A stretch of 64,000 nt of DNA, from IMG/VR virus record IMGVR_UViG_3300002091_000022; one strand, written 5' to 3'. Source of the stretch: a virus. The first letter of the stretch is position 1. Each line of letters opens with the position of its first letter. Positions 1-9,623 of this stretch are shown one piece after another. Below the pieces are notes generated by a model, which was not told the DNA's origin, ran no database searches, and saw only the letters and a list, made by a program, of their open reading frames with translations. The position numbers were made by a program, and so were the translations under genes.

Positions 1-34
1 TTTAGATTTGAGATAAATTTCGTATCTTTGCATT

Positions 35-313
35 ATGGATTTTGTTATACTAAAAGAGGGTAGCCCTACTTGGGAATATATATGGGATGAACTAGCTAAG
101 AACCCTATCAATGATGGCTTGGCGCATCGTTCCATAGCTATGAATGATGGTGAGGCTTGGCAGTATATGGGAACCATTGAATATGGTAATAAGTTCCTTA
201 CCGATTTTAGGCACAGGAAGCACCCGTATAATAGTTTACCTAAGTATATAACCATTGAGCATCCTGATGGGATACCTAGTGAGGATATAGTAGGCAGGTC
301 ACCGATTAAGTAA
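35..313 (+). CDS. hypothetical protein (probably leaderless)
   Basis: 92-aa ORF; TATCTTTG at 23-30 only 4 nt before the ATG. Confidence 0.75.
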   Translation: MDFVILKEGSPTWEYIWDELAKNPINDGLAHRSIAMNDGEAWQYMGTIEYGNKFLTDFRHRKHPYNSLPKYITIEHPDGIPSEDIVGRSPIK

Positions 314-392
314 TACCATATACACAAAAGTGTACATGATGTTTGGTAGTCTCGATAAATAACCTTATATTTGCATAAATAAACTTTTAGTT

Positions 393-737
393 ATGAATGA
401 TTGTATATGTGGTAATAAACATGAGAACTGTCTTCCTTATGTTACTAGTTCGGTAAAGGTTTGTCCTAAGTGTGGACGAATACATAACTTAACCGATAAT
501 GCAATATACCCACCAACTGAACGTAGTAGAGTTTGTGTTAATTTATCACCAATAGTAAGATGTTACTTTAATAAGCTACAGCTACAGGATGCACCCTATG
601 AAATAGAAAGTGATGCACCATTCATAGAGTTGAATGTTGACATAGCTGAAAATGTATGTGCGGAGTTACTGGAGAAAGGGATTGTTGATTCCTATTCCAT
701 TCCTGACATTTCAAACATACCAATAATATTTATATAA
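393..737 (+). CDS. hypothetical protein with Cys-rich N-terminus
   Basis: CICG...C...CPKC motifs; cassette promoter at 342-373. Confidence 0.75.
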   Translation: MNDCICGNKHENCLPYVTSSVKVCPKCGRIHNLTDNAIYPPTERSRVCVNLSPIVRCYFNKLQLQDAPYEIESDAPFIELNVDIAENVCAELLEKGIVDSYSIPDISNIPIIFI

Positions 738-769
738 CCTTAAAGCATACGTTTAATTTAGATGAATAC

Positions 770-797
770 AACCTGCGGTTTCTACCGTGGGTTTTTT
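770..797 (+). terminator. intrinsic terminator
   Basis: aacctgcgg-tttcta-ccgtgggtt followed by a T-run. Confidence 0.65.
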
Positions 798-898
798 TAT
801 GTTAAAGGCTGCAAATATAGGTTTATTTTTGGTTGTTACTTATATCCTACACGATTATTTTGTACATCTTATATCTTTGCAGTCTAAAATTATAAGAC

Positions 899-1174
899 AT
901 GAAAAAAAGATTGATTAAAGCATTGTACTATTTGAATGAAGGTGAGGGCATTAGTTTAGGTTATGATACATTCCTGACTGGTTTATTAGACGGGTCGGAA
1001 AAGATATATGGGTTTGCTAGATTAGATAATCTAATAGTGGTATTGAACGGTAGTAGTAATTATTCAATAGATTATCTAACTGGAAATGATTTAAGTTATA
1101 TCTTTAAGCATTCCCTTATATATGATAATATTGTAGGCAGAATATATGACATAAAAAAAATTGAAGAAATATAA
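899..1174 (+). CDS. hypothetical protein
   Basis: 91-aa ORF with cassette promoter at 859-879. Confidence 0.75.
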   Translation: MKKRLIKALYYLNEGEGISLGYDTFLTGLLDGSEKIYGFARLDNLIVVLNGSSNYSIDYLTGNDLSYIFKHSLIYDNIVGRIYDIKKIEEI

Positions 1175-1230
1175 GATTATATTTGGTGGTATCAAAAATA
1201 GTCCTATATTTGCATTCTAAATTAAAAGTT

Positions 1231-1953
1231 ATGCAAACAGAAAATGTTATCGAAAGTAAAGTAGTTAATCCGTTAAGCAATGATTTTAGCAAAAAGAAAA
1301 GTAAGGCTAAAAAGTTTTTACAGCAAAACAGAATAAAAGAGGAAATTGCTGAAAGTGGTTTATTAAGTGGTATAGTTCCATCGTTGGCGTATGAATGTGA
1401 CCAGGAGGAAATTTTAAAATCATTGAACCACAATTTTAAATTTCTTATGATTGACAACGATGTTGTAACGTATAAAAAAATGGTTAATATCGCCCTTGAA
1501 AAGTTTCCTGACAATCCCCCTTGTTTTCATTTAGGTAATTTGAGTGAGATTATTTTTAATGCTAAAGAAAACGATTTTACCCATTGCTTATTTGATTATT
1601 GTAAGGGTTTTGAAAAACATAGAAATGAAGTAGTACATACGCTACAAAATAAAATAGTTGTGGTTGGTGGGTTAGTTTTCTTTACATTTTGTTTGCGGAA
1701 TCCTAGTCACGAACACACAGCGTTTGTTAACGAAATGACTGGTTATTCAAACCCTAAAATGAAACTGGTTAGTATTAAAACCTATACTGATGTTAGAAAG
1801 GCTAGACTTATCGAGGAAGCGGCAACCTTGCAAGCATATCGTACATTCTTGCTTGGCGAAATAGGTAATGAACGTTGTTGGCGAATTAAAGAAATTGAAA
1901 CATATCGTGACGGTGCGCCTATGGCATTGATAATATTAAAACGTGTTAAATAA
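1231..1953 (+). CDS. putative class I SAM-dependent methyltransferase-like protein
   Basis: Start moved to 1231, 18 nt after TATATTTG. FLMIDND, HLGNLSEII, HCLFDYC and GGLVFFTF follow the motif order of a Rossmann MTase, but the glycine loop is degenerate. Confidence 0.45.
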   Translation: MQTENVIESKVVNPLSNDFSKKKSKAKKFLQQNRIKEEIAESGLLSGIVPSLAYECDQEEILKSLNHNFKFLMIDNDVVTYKKMVNIALEKFPDNPPCFHLGNLSEIIFNAKENDFTHCLFDYCKGFEKHRNEVVHTLQNKIVVVGGLVFFTFCLRNPSHEHTAFVNEMTGYSNPKMKLVSIKTYTDVRKARLIEEAATLQAYRTFLLGEIGNERCWRIKEIETYRDGAPMALIILKRVK

Positions 1954-2014
1954 AATAAATTTGGGGGTATTGAAAAATACCCCTATCTTTGTATCCTAAA
2001 TAAAAATAAACGTT

Positions 2015-2575
2015 ATGCAAAAGTATCAATTAAGTAATGGTAACACTTTACAAGTTATCAATGATAGCAATCCTGAAAGTCCCCGTACTTGGAGTAACTT
2101 AGGTAAAATGGTTTGTTTCCATAGAAGATATTCACTTGGGGATAAACACGATTTTAAGCAAGGTGACTATAATGGTTGGGATGAACTAAAAGCGGCTATC
2201 CTTAAAAAAGAAAATGTTGCCGTTATACAGCCTATGTATATGTATGACCATAGTGGTATAACTGTATCGACTAAGCCGTTTAGCTGTCCTTTTGATAGTG
2301 GACAAATAGGGTTTATCTACATTACCAAAGAAGCTGCTAGAGAAGGCTTTATGGTTAAGAACGTTACGGCTAAGATAAAGGAAAGACTATTGGTTAATCT
2401 AAACGGTGAAGTTGAAACGTATGACCAATATTTAACTGGTGACATTTACGGTTTCAAAGAAGTTGATAGTGAGGGTAATGAAGTGGATAGTTGTTGGGGG
2501 TTTTATGGTGACAATCCAAAAACTAATGGTATGAGTGACCATATAGATAGTGAGGTATTAGATGAGATAAAATAA
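2015..2575 (+). CDS. conserved phage hypothetical protein
   Basis: PESPRTWSNLGKMVCFHRRYSLGD...YDHSG...DSGQIGF...DSCWGFYG, a pattern I recognise from phage/mobile-element hypotheticals. Confidence 0.8.
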   Translation: MQKYQLSNGNTLQVINDSNPESPRTWSNLGKMVCFHRRYSLGDKHDFKQGDYNGWDELKAAILKKENVAVIQPMYMYDHSGITVSTKPFSCPFDSGQIGFIYITKEAAREGFMVKNVTAKIKERLLVNLNGEVETYDQYLTGDIYGFKEVDSEGNEVDSCWGFYGDNPKTNGMSDHIDSEVLDEIK

Positions 2576-2632
2576 AAATAAATTTGGCTATGTGAAAACA
2601 TAGCCTTATTTTTGTAATCTAAATGAAACGAT

Positions 2633-2821
2633 ATGAATCAGTATGATATAACACTTGGAACTGGTAAGAGAACAGTTTTTGCTGATAACCATATTAAAGC
2701 ATTTGAAAGTTTGGGATATGGTAAAGATTATAAGATTACTTCAACTAATAAAAAATCTTGGCAAATAACGTTAAATGGACAAGTGGGGCATAAGAGAATT
2801 TACACTATAAACCAATTATAA
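2633..2821 (+). CDS. hypothetical protein
   Basis: ORF 18 nt after a cassette -7 box. Confidence 0.7.
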   Translation: MNQYDITLGTGKRTVFADNHIKAFESLGYGKDYKITSTNKKSWQITLNGQVGHKRIYTINQL

Positions 2822-2879
2822 AATAAATTTGGTTGGCAAGTAAAATAGTCTTATATTTGCATCACTAAATTAAACGGTT

Positions 2880-3200
2880 ATGGAAAAGTTTGTATTATCA
2901 TCTAAGACAATCATTAATACCTATTGGTGGAATCATGGCAGTAAGACAAAAGACTTTACTGGTACGATTGATGAGTGGTTAACGTTTCATAAGGTTAAGG
3001 TTACTAGGTTAAGACGTAAGAACGTATTACCCCGTTTCAAGTTTGATTTTACTGTTGGTAGGCATACGGTTTCGCTTACAACTGAAAGTAACGATTTTGA
3101 AGATGCAGCCCTTTATATCATAAGAATGTGGATAACCTACTTAGGGGATAAAGCCATGATTGTTACTGATTTAAGAGAATATAAAATAAACTGGAGATAA
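2880..3200 (+). CDS. hypothetical protein
   Basis: ORF with cassette promoter. Confidence 0.75.
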   Translation: MEKFVLSSKTIINTYWWNHGSKTKDFTGTIDEWLTFHKVKVTRLRRKNVLPRFKFDFTVGRHTVSLTTESNDFEDAALYIIRMWITYLGDKAMIVTDLREYKINWR

Positions 3201-3251
3201 ATTTGGTGGTTACCAAAAATACCCTTATCTTTGCAGTCTAAATAAAAAGTT

Positions 3252-3548
3252 ATGATACCGAAATGGGTTTTTGATAGCGTTAATGCTAGGGTAATACTTG
3301 AAGATGATAGTGAGGCTATTTTCTATACCGATACATTAAGTTGTTCTGATAGTGTTATTGAAAGGGTTGTTGAGATACACAACAATAGTAAACAAGAAAG
3401 TCTTGATTTGCTAGATTCTACTGAACAATATTTATTACCTGAAATTAAACAATATTTAATAGATGAAACAAACTGTAATGAGGATGATAAGGATTATCTT
3501 ATAGAAGCTATTTTCAACTATTATCAAGTTAAATGGTTTTGTTTATAA
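3252..3548 (+). CDS. acidic hypothetical protein
   Basis: ORF 18 nt after the -7 box; D/E-rich. Confidence 0.75.
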   Translation: MIPKWVFDSVNARVILEDDSEAIFYTDTLSCSDSVIERVVEIHNNSKQESLDLLDSTEQYLLPEIKQYLIDETNCNEDDKDYLIEAIFNYYQVKWFCL

Positions 3549-3584
3549 AAATACCCTTATCTTTGCATTACTAAATTAAATAAA

Positions 3585-3854
3585 ATGAAAAAAATTAAGA
3601 GTTTATTTGTATCAGCCTTGTTAATGGCTTGGAGAATGATTAAAGCACCGATTATGGGTCGTGTAGCGGATGCTGTATGTGATTACGATTATGAAGTTGG
3701 TGGTACTGTATGTTATCCAACGAATCAGCCATCATTTAACGAATGGTGCGAAATGTTTAACGTGTCAAAAGCGTGTCCGAAAGTAATTGTTATGAGTAAG
3801 GAACAAGTTGCCGACAAGTTAGGTATTAGTTCATCTAATCTAAGAATAATCTAA
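3585..3854 (+). CDS. hypothetical protein
   Basis: ORF with cassette promoter whose -33 box lies in the upstream gene end. Confidence 0.7.
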   Translation: MKKIKSLFVSALLMAWRMIKAPIMGRVADAVCDYDYEVGGTVCYPTNQPSFNEWCEMFNVSKACPKVIVMSKEQVADKLGISSSNLRII

Positions 3855-3926
3855 AAAAAGATTTGTTAGTTTCAAAAAAAGTCTTATCTTTGTGTTCTCA
3901 TATTAATTAACAATAAAAAAAACGTT

Positions 3927-4253
3927 ATGCCTAAAATCGGTAAAAAAAGTCCTGCTGAATTAGCAGCCTTTACAGTAAAGAAAATCAAGTTAGAAGCTGA
4001 AAAAGCCTCTAGGATGGTTCAAGTAGAAGAACTTAGTAAGTACATTAAATTTGGTCATGTTGGTGTCATTGACGGTGAACAAATTGCCGCTCGGTTAACT
4101 ACGTTGAAGCATGAAGAAGCCGCCGCTAAAGCTGACTTGGATGCACTTGAAAAGGAAAGTTGCGAAATGGCAGAAGAAGCATTTGAACACATCTTTGGTA
4201 ATGTGTTTGGTGGTATCTTTGACATTTTTGAAAAAGATGCTGAAAAGAAATAG
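3927..4253 (+). CDS. hypothetical helical protein
   Basis: ORF with cassette promoter, followed by a terminator. Confidence 0.75.
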   Translation: MPKIGKKSPAELAAFTVKKIKLEAEKASRMVQVEELSKYIKFGHVGVIDGEQIAARLTTLKHEEAAAKADLDALEKESCEMAEEAFEHIFGNVFGGIFDIFEKDAEKK

Positions 4254-4270
4254 TAGTATCCCCTGTTAAT

Positions 4271-4298
4271 AAAAGCCTACTGTAATAGGTAGGCTTTT
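4271..4298. terminator. bidirectional intrinsic terminator
   Basis: aaaagcctac-N8-gtaggctttt perfect 10-bp stem. Confidence 0.75.
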
Positions 4299-4404
4299 AT
4301 TCCTAACGATTTAAAGTTTGCCATAAGATGAAACGAATTGTTTATTTATTCATAGCGGCTATTAGTTTAATTGAAGTATTAAGCATGGTCATATACATTG
4401 TAAG

Positions 4405-4524
4405 ATGAAAAGATTAGTACTGGCTCTATTGGTTTGTTTGAGTTTAAGTAGTTGTGTTGTTAGGCATCATAGAATACACCACCACTTTAGACGACCACCT
4501 TGCCATTGTGGACCAATATTTTAA
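4405..4524 (+). CDS. small lipoprotein (39 aa, not in ORF track)
   Basis: MKRLVLALLVCLSLSSC signal/lipobox, then a His/Arg/Cys-rich tail ending HFRRPPCHCGPIF; the stop abuts the next -33 box. Confidence 0.65.
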   Translation: MKRLVLALLVCLSLSSCVVRHHRIHHHFRRPPCHCGPIF

Positions 4525-4577
4525 TTTGGTTGGTAATGAAAATTACCTTATATTTGCATCACAATAAAACATACAAC

Positions 4578-4643
4578 ATGAAAAGTATCGTTACAAAGGT
4601 TATATGCTGGGTTACTAGCTTACCTTTCACAATTTATTTTTAG
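4578..4643 (+). CDS. possible 21-aa peptide
   Basis: MKSIVTKVICWVTSLPFTIYF, directly downstream of cassette promoter 4525-4556. Confidence 0.35.
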   Translation: MKSIVTKVICWVTSLPFTIYF

Positions 4644-4754
4644 TTAAAATACTCCGTTCCTAACAAAGATGTTATTGAAGTTAAACTAGGTAATTGATTT
4701 GTCATTTGGTTGTATAGGGAAACAGTTATGCTAATGTTGCAACGTTTCTAGTGT

Positions 4755-4790
4755 GACTGTTAATCGTGGTTCGATTCCACAGCGGAGTGC
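4755..4790 (+). pseudogene. tRNA-like remnant (Asn-type anticodon loop plus T-arm)
   Basis: ga-CTGTTAA-tc at 4755-4765 immediately followed by gtgg-TTCGATT-ccac at 4766-4780; no D-arm or acceptor stem found. Confidence 0.3.
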
Positions 4791-4914
4791 AATTAATTTG
4801 GTCGGGCGTTGGAAGTAAGCAAAGTAATTGGGAACTTCACATAACGTTAATTTAGCTGGCAAATTCCTCACCTCACTGGTGGGGATTTGTTGGTTATAGT
4901 TTAAATAATCTATT

Positions 4915-4998
4915 ATGAATATTTTTATTGGTATCTGTTGTATTGTAGTGGCCGTGTTAATAGTTGGATTTATCTATTATAAATGTCCTACAAATTAA
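4915..4998 (+). CDS. small single-TM peptide (27 aa)
   Basis: MNIFIGICCIVVAVLIVGFIYYKCPTN; the stop abuts the next -33 box. Confidence 0.5.
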   Translation: MNIFIGICCIVVAVLIVGFIYYKCPTN

Positions 4999-5050
4999 AT
5001 TTGGTGGGTAACTAAAATACCCTTATCTTTGCATCATTAAATTAAACGTT

Positions 5051-5386
5051 ATGAGTAAGGTTCGATTAACAAAGCAATCCTTAATACCAATAGTAAATGC
5101 TCAACTAGTAAAAAGTGAATTACCATATACTGTTGTTAATGTTGAAACAACTAAATATACTGCTGACCAATATGAAGCTGGGGCGGCTCGGATTGTGTTT
5201 AAATTGAAACATGATGTTATTGTGGGTGAAGTAATACCTTTCAAAATGTTTTGTATGTATTCAATTAAAGAATTACAAGAACATTGTAATATTGGATATG
5301 AAATTGTAATTAACCGTATTTCGGCTGCAAGTTCCTTTCAAGAGAAATATCGTGTTGACCTTAAAAGAATAAATGAAACTGTATGA
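5051..5386 (+). CDS. hypothetical protein
   Basis: ORF with cassette promoter. Confidence 0.75.
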   Translation: MSKVRLTKQSLIPIVNAQLVKSELPYTVVNVETTKYTADQYEAGAARIVFKLKHDVIVGEVIPFKMFCMYSIKELQEHCNIGYEIVINRISAASSFQEKYRVDLKRINETV

Positions 5387-5973
5387 TAGACTTATTTAAA
5401 GACAAACAATTGGTTTTCTTGGAGAAAGACTATAAATGCCCTGCTAGTCAAGATAGCATTGATTATGGTATTAGGTTTTTAGATACTTGGCTTGAATTGC
5501 CTGACGAACAAGTTAACGCTATGATTGTCCATTATCAGTTTAATCAAATGGATAGAGATGAACTGGCAGCTATCATATTCAACCCTAATAACATTATCGT
5601 AACATATTCTGTATATGTACAAGGTAGCGATGCAATCTTCAAAAAACTAATGGCTACTACTGGTCGAAATGATGTTAAAGGGTTAACCTACATTGATGCT
5701 AGTGGAGCGTTAATAAAGTATCTAAATAGAAATCTTAGGGATGTTGAAAAGGATTTATATGATATTATTTCAGCTATTAATTCAAACAATATAATAACTA
5801 TCAATCACGGTGACATTCGAGGCTATGATGCGGTTAAACCTCAACTATTGAAGATTGACATTAAAGGTGCTTATCAAGATTGTGTGAGTTTAATTGAACT
5901 AAAAGAAGATAACTTTATACCGATTGATAAGAACTTATTTAATATAGGCAAAGAAAGGGTAAGAAATGTATAA
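5383..5973 (+). CDS. hypothetical protein
   Basis: ATGA overlap with the upstream gene (translational coupling). Confidence 0.75.
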   Translation: MIDLFKDKQLVFLEKDYKCPASQDSIDYGIRFLDTWLELPDEQVNAMIVHYQFNQMDRDELAAIIFNPNNIIVTYSVYVQGSDAIFKKLMATTGRNDVKGLTYIDASGALIKYLNRNLRDVEKDLYDIISAINSNNIITINHGDIRGYDAVKPQLLKIDIKGAYQDCVSLIELKEDNFIPIDKNLFNIGKERVRNV

Positions 5974-6027
5974 ATAAATTTGGTAGTATCAAAAATAGTC
6001 TTATCTTTGTAGCCTAAATTAAATGTT

Positions 6028-6786
6028 ATGAAATTTGTTAAGTTACAATTAAACCATTTTACTGTTGAACCTAAAGATAAAGTTCAATGGCGTTTATGCC
6101 TTGAAACAAGCGAGGATATTAGAAATTACAGTAAGTTAGATGCTGAAAAGATTTTTACCGCTTATCTACATAGTGATAATGAAAAGCACCCTCCCGAAGG
6201 TAGGCTATCTGCCATAATGCGATTATTGGATAGTACAAGACGTTGCCTTAAAGAAGGTGAAGTAATGTACCCTATGATTGAAATTGCAAACATTTGTGAT
6301 AGCAAGGCTATTGGTATGGAAAAAATACTTAAACATAGTCCTGTATTGGTTAATATGGTTGGTGGTTATTGTGATTATAACGGTTTTGTTAAGCAATGGA
6401 ATTGTGACATACTTGAAGAAATTGTAACCGATGGAATTGGGTTTCCTGTTGAAATAAAAGAAAGTGACGTACTGGTACTGGAGAATAACAGTTCAATAAC
6501 CATTACTGTATCAGATTATCTAAACCATAACAATATTACTGATTATGCGGTTATCAAGTTACTAAAAGAAGTTGATAGTAACTTAGTTAAAAACGCTATC
6601 ATTCGTGCCAACACAATAATAATCGAAAGTCAATTTTTAGACAATATGCAAAATGAAAGATTTTTGATGTTGTTTGATTCATTACCTAAGAAGCGTATTG
6701 TGTTATTCAGTACTAACTTCGCTAAACTCAAAGAATATTCAATGTTTAAAAGTATTTCAGAAAAGCATGAAATAATATTTGGCTAG
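6028..6786 (+). CDS. hypothetical protein
   Basis: 252-aa ORF 18 nt after the -7 box. Confidence 0.8.
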   Translation: MKFVKLQLNHFTVEPKDKVQWRLCLETSEDIRNYSKLDAEKIFTAYLHSDNEKHPPEGRLSAIMRLLDSTRRCLKEGEVMYPMIEIANICDSKAIGMEKILKHSPVLVNMVGGYCDYNGFVKQWNCDILEEIVTDGIGFPVEIKESDVLVLENNSSITITVSDYLNHNNITDYAVIKLLKEVDSNLVKNAIIRANTIIIESQFLDNMQNERFLMLFDSLPKKRIVLFSTNFAKLKEYSMFKSISEKHEIIFG

Positions 6787-6827
6787 TATCAAAAATACCC
6801 TTATCTTTGTATCCTAAATTAAATGTT

Positions 6828-7088
6828 ATGGCAACGAAAGTAAAATTTTTGGTACACAAATGGAACGGCGAACTTTACGCTTTTTTCCCACAATTAAGGT
6901 ATGCGCCTAATGGACATCGTAATGACCTTAAAACTGGTATCGTTCAGACCTCAACATTAACTGGTAGCCAATTAGTTAAAACTGGTATTGGATTTGAGTA
7001 CGTTGAACAAAGTCGAAAGGCAACTAAGAATGAGTATCACGATTTTAAAGCTAAACTTATTCAAAATAATCTAATAGGTTGCGCTTAA
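6828..7088 (+). CDS. hypothetical protein, paralog of the N-terminal half of 7909..8385
   Basis: Start corrected to 6828 (MATKVKFLVHK); shares FLVHK..ELxAxFPQL and EYVxxSRxATxxEYxD. Confidence 0.7.
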   Translation: MATKVKFLVHKWNGELYAFFPQLRYAPNGHRNDLKTGIVQTSTLTGSQLVKTGIGFEYVEQSRKATKNEYHDFKAKLIQNNLIGCA

Positions 7089-7785
7089 CGTCACGGTTTA
7101 TATAACTGCAAAGCGGACGAAGATTGGTGTAATGATTTAATCTAATTACATCATCTTCGTTAATAGCTGAATCAACTGGAATGATATGGTCAACATCCCA
7201 ACCGTAATCGGCTGTACCATTGTATAAACCTTTATTTTCCCATGACATCCACGGTTCAAATTGACCCTCAAGATGTTCTTTGAACTGCTCGAAAGTACAA
7301 CCTAATATTTCAAAAGTCCTTGATTTTTTAGTGTACCCTTTACGTTTAATTGAACTATTAATTAATGTTCGCATATTGCAAGCTAAACCAAACAGCTTAT
7401 CGTTTTTACGTCTTTCTCTCATATAAGTGTTTAGTTTATCTCTGTTAGTATCTCTATAGATTTTAGCTTTAGCTTTAATAACATCTTGATTAGTATCCCT
7501 ATATTCCTTTGTCTTAATTAATATGGTTTCCTTATTATTTATATAATACTTTTTAAGACTTTTACTTGTTGACTCCTTAACCTTATCAGGATTATTTTCT
7601 CTATACTCTTTATGTTTAGTTAATATAGTATCTTTATTAGCTTCATAATGTAAACGGTTTTTTTCATTCATTAACTCTTTATTAGCTTTATAATACTCTT
7701 TCTTTTGAGCAGCAATTTTCTCTTTAGCTTTTAATTTGTAGGCATCGTTACAGGCTTTTTGTTTTACTGGGTCTTTATATGGCAT
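7057..7785 (-). CDS. HNH/EndoVII-like homing endonuclease with N-terminal KxYRxxNxD repeats
   Basis: LGCTFEQFKEHLEGQF..MSWEN..WDVDHIIPV..NHYTNLRPL; ATATTTAT upstream at 7800-7807. Confidence 0.75.
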   Translation of the reverse strand: MPYKDPVKQKACNDAYKLKAKEKIAAQKKEYYKANKELMNEKNRLHYEANKDTILTKHKEYRENNPDKVKESTSKSLKKYYINNKETILIKTKEYRDTNQDVIKAKAKIYRDTNRDKLNTYMRERRKNDKLFGLACNMRTLINSSIKRKGYTKKSRTFEILGCTFEQFKEHLEGQFEPWMSWENKGLYNGTADYGWDVDHIIPVDSAINEDDVIRLNHYTNLRPLCSYINRDVKRNLLDYFE

Positions 7786-7908
7786 AATTTCTCTTTATAA
7801 TAAATATCATAGAAAAGAGTAAAAATTCATAAATCTTTACGATACCCAAAAATAAATTTGTTTGGTATTAAATATAGTCTTATATTTGCAATCTAAATTA
7901 TAAACGTT

Positions 7909-8385
7909 ATGGCAACTAAGGTTAAGTTTCTAGTACATAAGCAAAACAAAGAATTATTTGCTTACTTTCCACAATTGGTATTTGATAGTAAAGGTAATAA
8001 GGCTTGTTATGCACACAACGGGCAACACTCCGCTTGTGCAATCGAGTATGTTAACGAAAGTCGATACGCTACTGAAAGCGAGTATAAAGACCTCAAAAAA
8101 GAACTAGAGGGGCAAGGTTATGAACTAATAGTTTGTGACGGTGTAAAGACAATAGATAAGATAATCTATAAAGTCGATACTAAGAGGGGTGCGCCTATGG
8201 GTCGAATGAATCATGGCTATCCTCAAAGTGGTAAAAAAGTCTATGATTGTAAAGTACCTATGAGTGACGGTGCTTATGATAAAGGCGGTGCTTACTGGGG
8301 GTTAGGTGCTGAATTAAGGGTGCGATACCATAAAGATAAATCGTATATCGAATTTTACCGATTAGGTGACAGTTTTGAAAAATAA
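7909..8385 (+). CDS. two-domain phage hypothetical protein
   Basis: N-half has YAHNGQHS..EY..L..EL..QGY; C-half has GAPMGR..YDKGGAYWG. Confidence 0.8.
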   Translation: MATKVKFLVHKQNKELFAYFPQLVFDSKGNKACYAHNGQHSACAIEYVNESRYATESEYKDLKKELEGQGYELIVCDGVKTIDKIIYKVDTKRGAPMGRMNHGYPQSGKKVYDCKVPMSDGAYDKGGAYWGLGAELRVRYHKDKSYIEFYRLGDSFEK

Positions 8386-8437
8386 ATTTGGGGGTATAGA
8401 AATATACCCCTATATTTGCATAACTAAATTAAACGAT

Positions 8438-8860
8438 ATGGAACTTCTACAACCGTCCGAAAAGTATATCAATTTTATTGAGAACTCCCACCACTATCTA
8501 AATTGTCCTAAGTATGAGCTAAATGCTAATATTAGAACTCAAATAAGGTTTAACTGGAATGATAAAGATGCGGCTAAGTCTGTGGTTAAAGCTGCTTTAA
8601 AGTATTACGATATTAAGTGTAATGATTTAGATAAACTAATATTTGACCACATCCATACTAGTGAAGCTGACTTTATGAAGCTGAATGTTAATGCTTATAT
8701 AGATAAGATGCCTGCACACATTTATAATTTATCTAAACGAATAGACGACTGGTACAAAGCTAATGTATTAAACCCTAAAGATTATCTAGTTGGCTGTCCA
8801 ATGTATCACAAAGCATTGCAATCGCAAGGTTATTCATATCCTCACAAATATATTTTGTAG
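8438..8860 (+). CDS. hypothetical protein
   Basis: Start corrected to the ATG 19 nt after the -7 box. Confidence 0.75.
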   Translation: MELLQPSEKYINFIENSHHYLNCPKYELNANIRTQIRFNWNDKDAAKSVVKAALKYYDIKCNDLDKLIFDHIHTSEADFMKLNVNAYIDKMPAHIYNLSKRIDDWYKANVLNPKDYLVGCPMYHKALQSQGYSYPHKYIL

Positions 8861-8902
8861 TTTGGTAAAATAGTCTTATATTTGTATCCTAAATTAAATG
8901 TT

Positions 8903-9085
8903 ATGGCAACGAATGTTACTGGGATTAAATTATACAAGCGTGGTTCAATTATTGTTATTTGGTATGGGTTGTTAAATTACAAATACATTTATTGGAGTAA
9001 AAGAGATGCCTGTAAGAAGTTCAAAGAAAGATTTGGCTTGAGGGGTAAAGTAGAAACTGTTAATCGTTCCCCGTACTTAAATTAA
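8903..9085 (+). CDS. hypothetical protein
   Basis: Start corrected; basic 60-aa ORF. Confidence 0.7.
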   Translation: MATNVTGIKLYKRGSIIVIWYGLLNYKYIYWSKRDACKKFKERFGLRGKVETVNRSPYLN

Positions 9086-9136
9086 ATTTGGTGGGTATCA
9101 AAAATACCCTTATCTTTACAATCTAAATAAAAAGTT

Positions 9137-9412
9137 ATGAGTACTGTAAGAGTTGGTAAAGCATTTTTAAAGAAAATTGCTGATTTAACCGATGAAAATT
9201 ATCACGGTGAATGTTTACTAGTAATTGCCAAAAAGTTTAAGCTGCAAAAGTATATTGATGGCTTTACAGATGTTATCGAAAAACATAACAAAGCTGGGCA
9301 TTTAACCTATGAATTATCATTGAAACGTAGGGGGTTATCCGATGAAATGTTTAAGGAATTGGTGAAGGAACACGGTCAAGAAATCGTAAACAAAATTACA
9401 TCACAAATGTAA
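9137..9412 (+). CDS. hypothetical protein
   Basis: ORF 18 nt after a TATCTTTA variant box. Confidence 0.75.
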   Translation: MSTVRVGKAFLKKIADLTDENYHGECLLVIAKKFKLQKYIDGFTDVIEKHNKAGHLTYELSLKRRGLSDEMFKELVKEHGQEIVNKITSQM

Positions 9413-9423
9413 AATGTATCATT

Positions 9424-9612
9424 ATGTTAATAGTTTATCTAGCACCAGAGTTTACAGAAAGTGACGACTTCACTTTTGAAGGTGACGACCAACGTAAGGA
9501 ACTAGTACTGAATCATCCTAAGAGTGTTAAGTACACTCCATTAGATTTTCAAGTTGCTTTCAATGAAAGTGAAATTAGTGACTTGGGATATATCTACTTC
9601 ATTAATGATTAA
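9424..9612 (+). CDS. acidic hypothetical protein
   Basis: 62-aa ORF 11 nt after the upstream stop. Confidence 0.65.
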   Translation: MLIVYLAPEFTESDDFTFEGDDQRKELVLNHPKSVKYTPLDFQVAFNESEISDLGYIYFIND

Positions 9613-9623
9613 TCTAATCTATT

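Noticed and set aside
720-830. Minus-strand cassette remnant (TATATTTG at ~812-819; aaattaaacgtATG at 748)
   Set aside because: No -33 TTTG, and the ATG is followed by CTT TAA (Met-Leu-stop). At most a decayed cassette, so not called as a gene.
4700-4800. Intact tRNA-Asn or tRNA-Cys
   Set aside because: No D-arm, variable loop or acceptor-stem pairing could be built; kept only as a low-confidence remnant.
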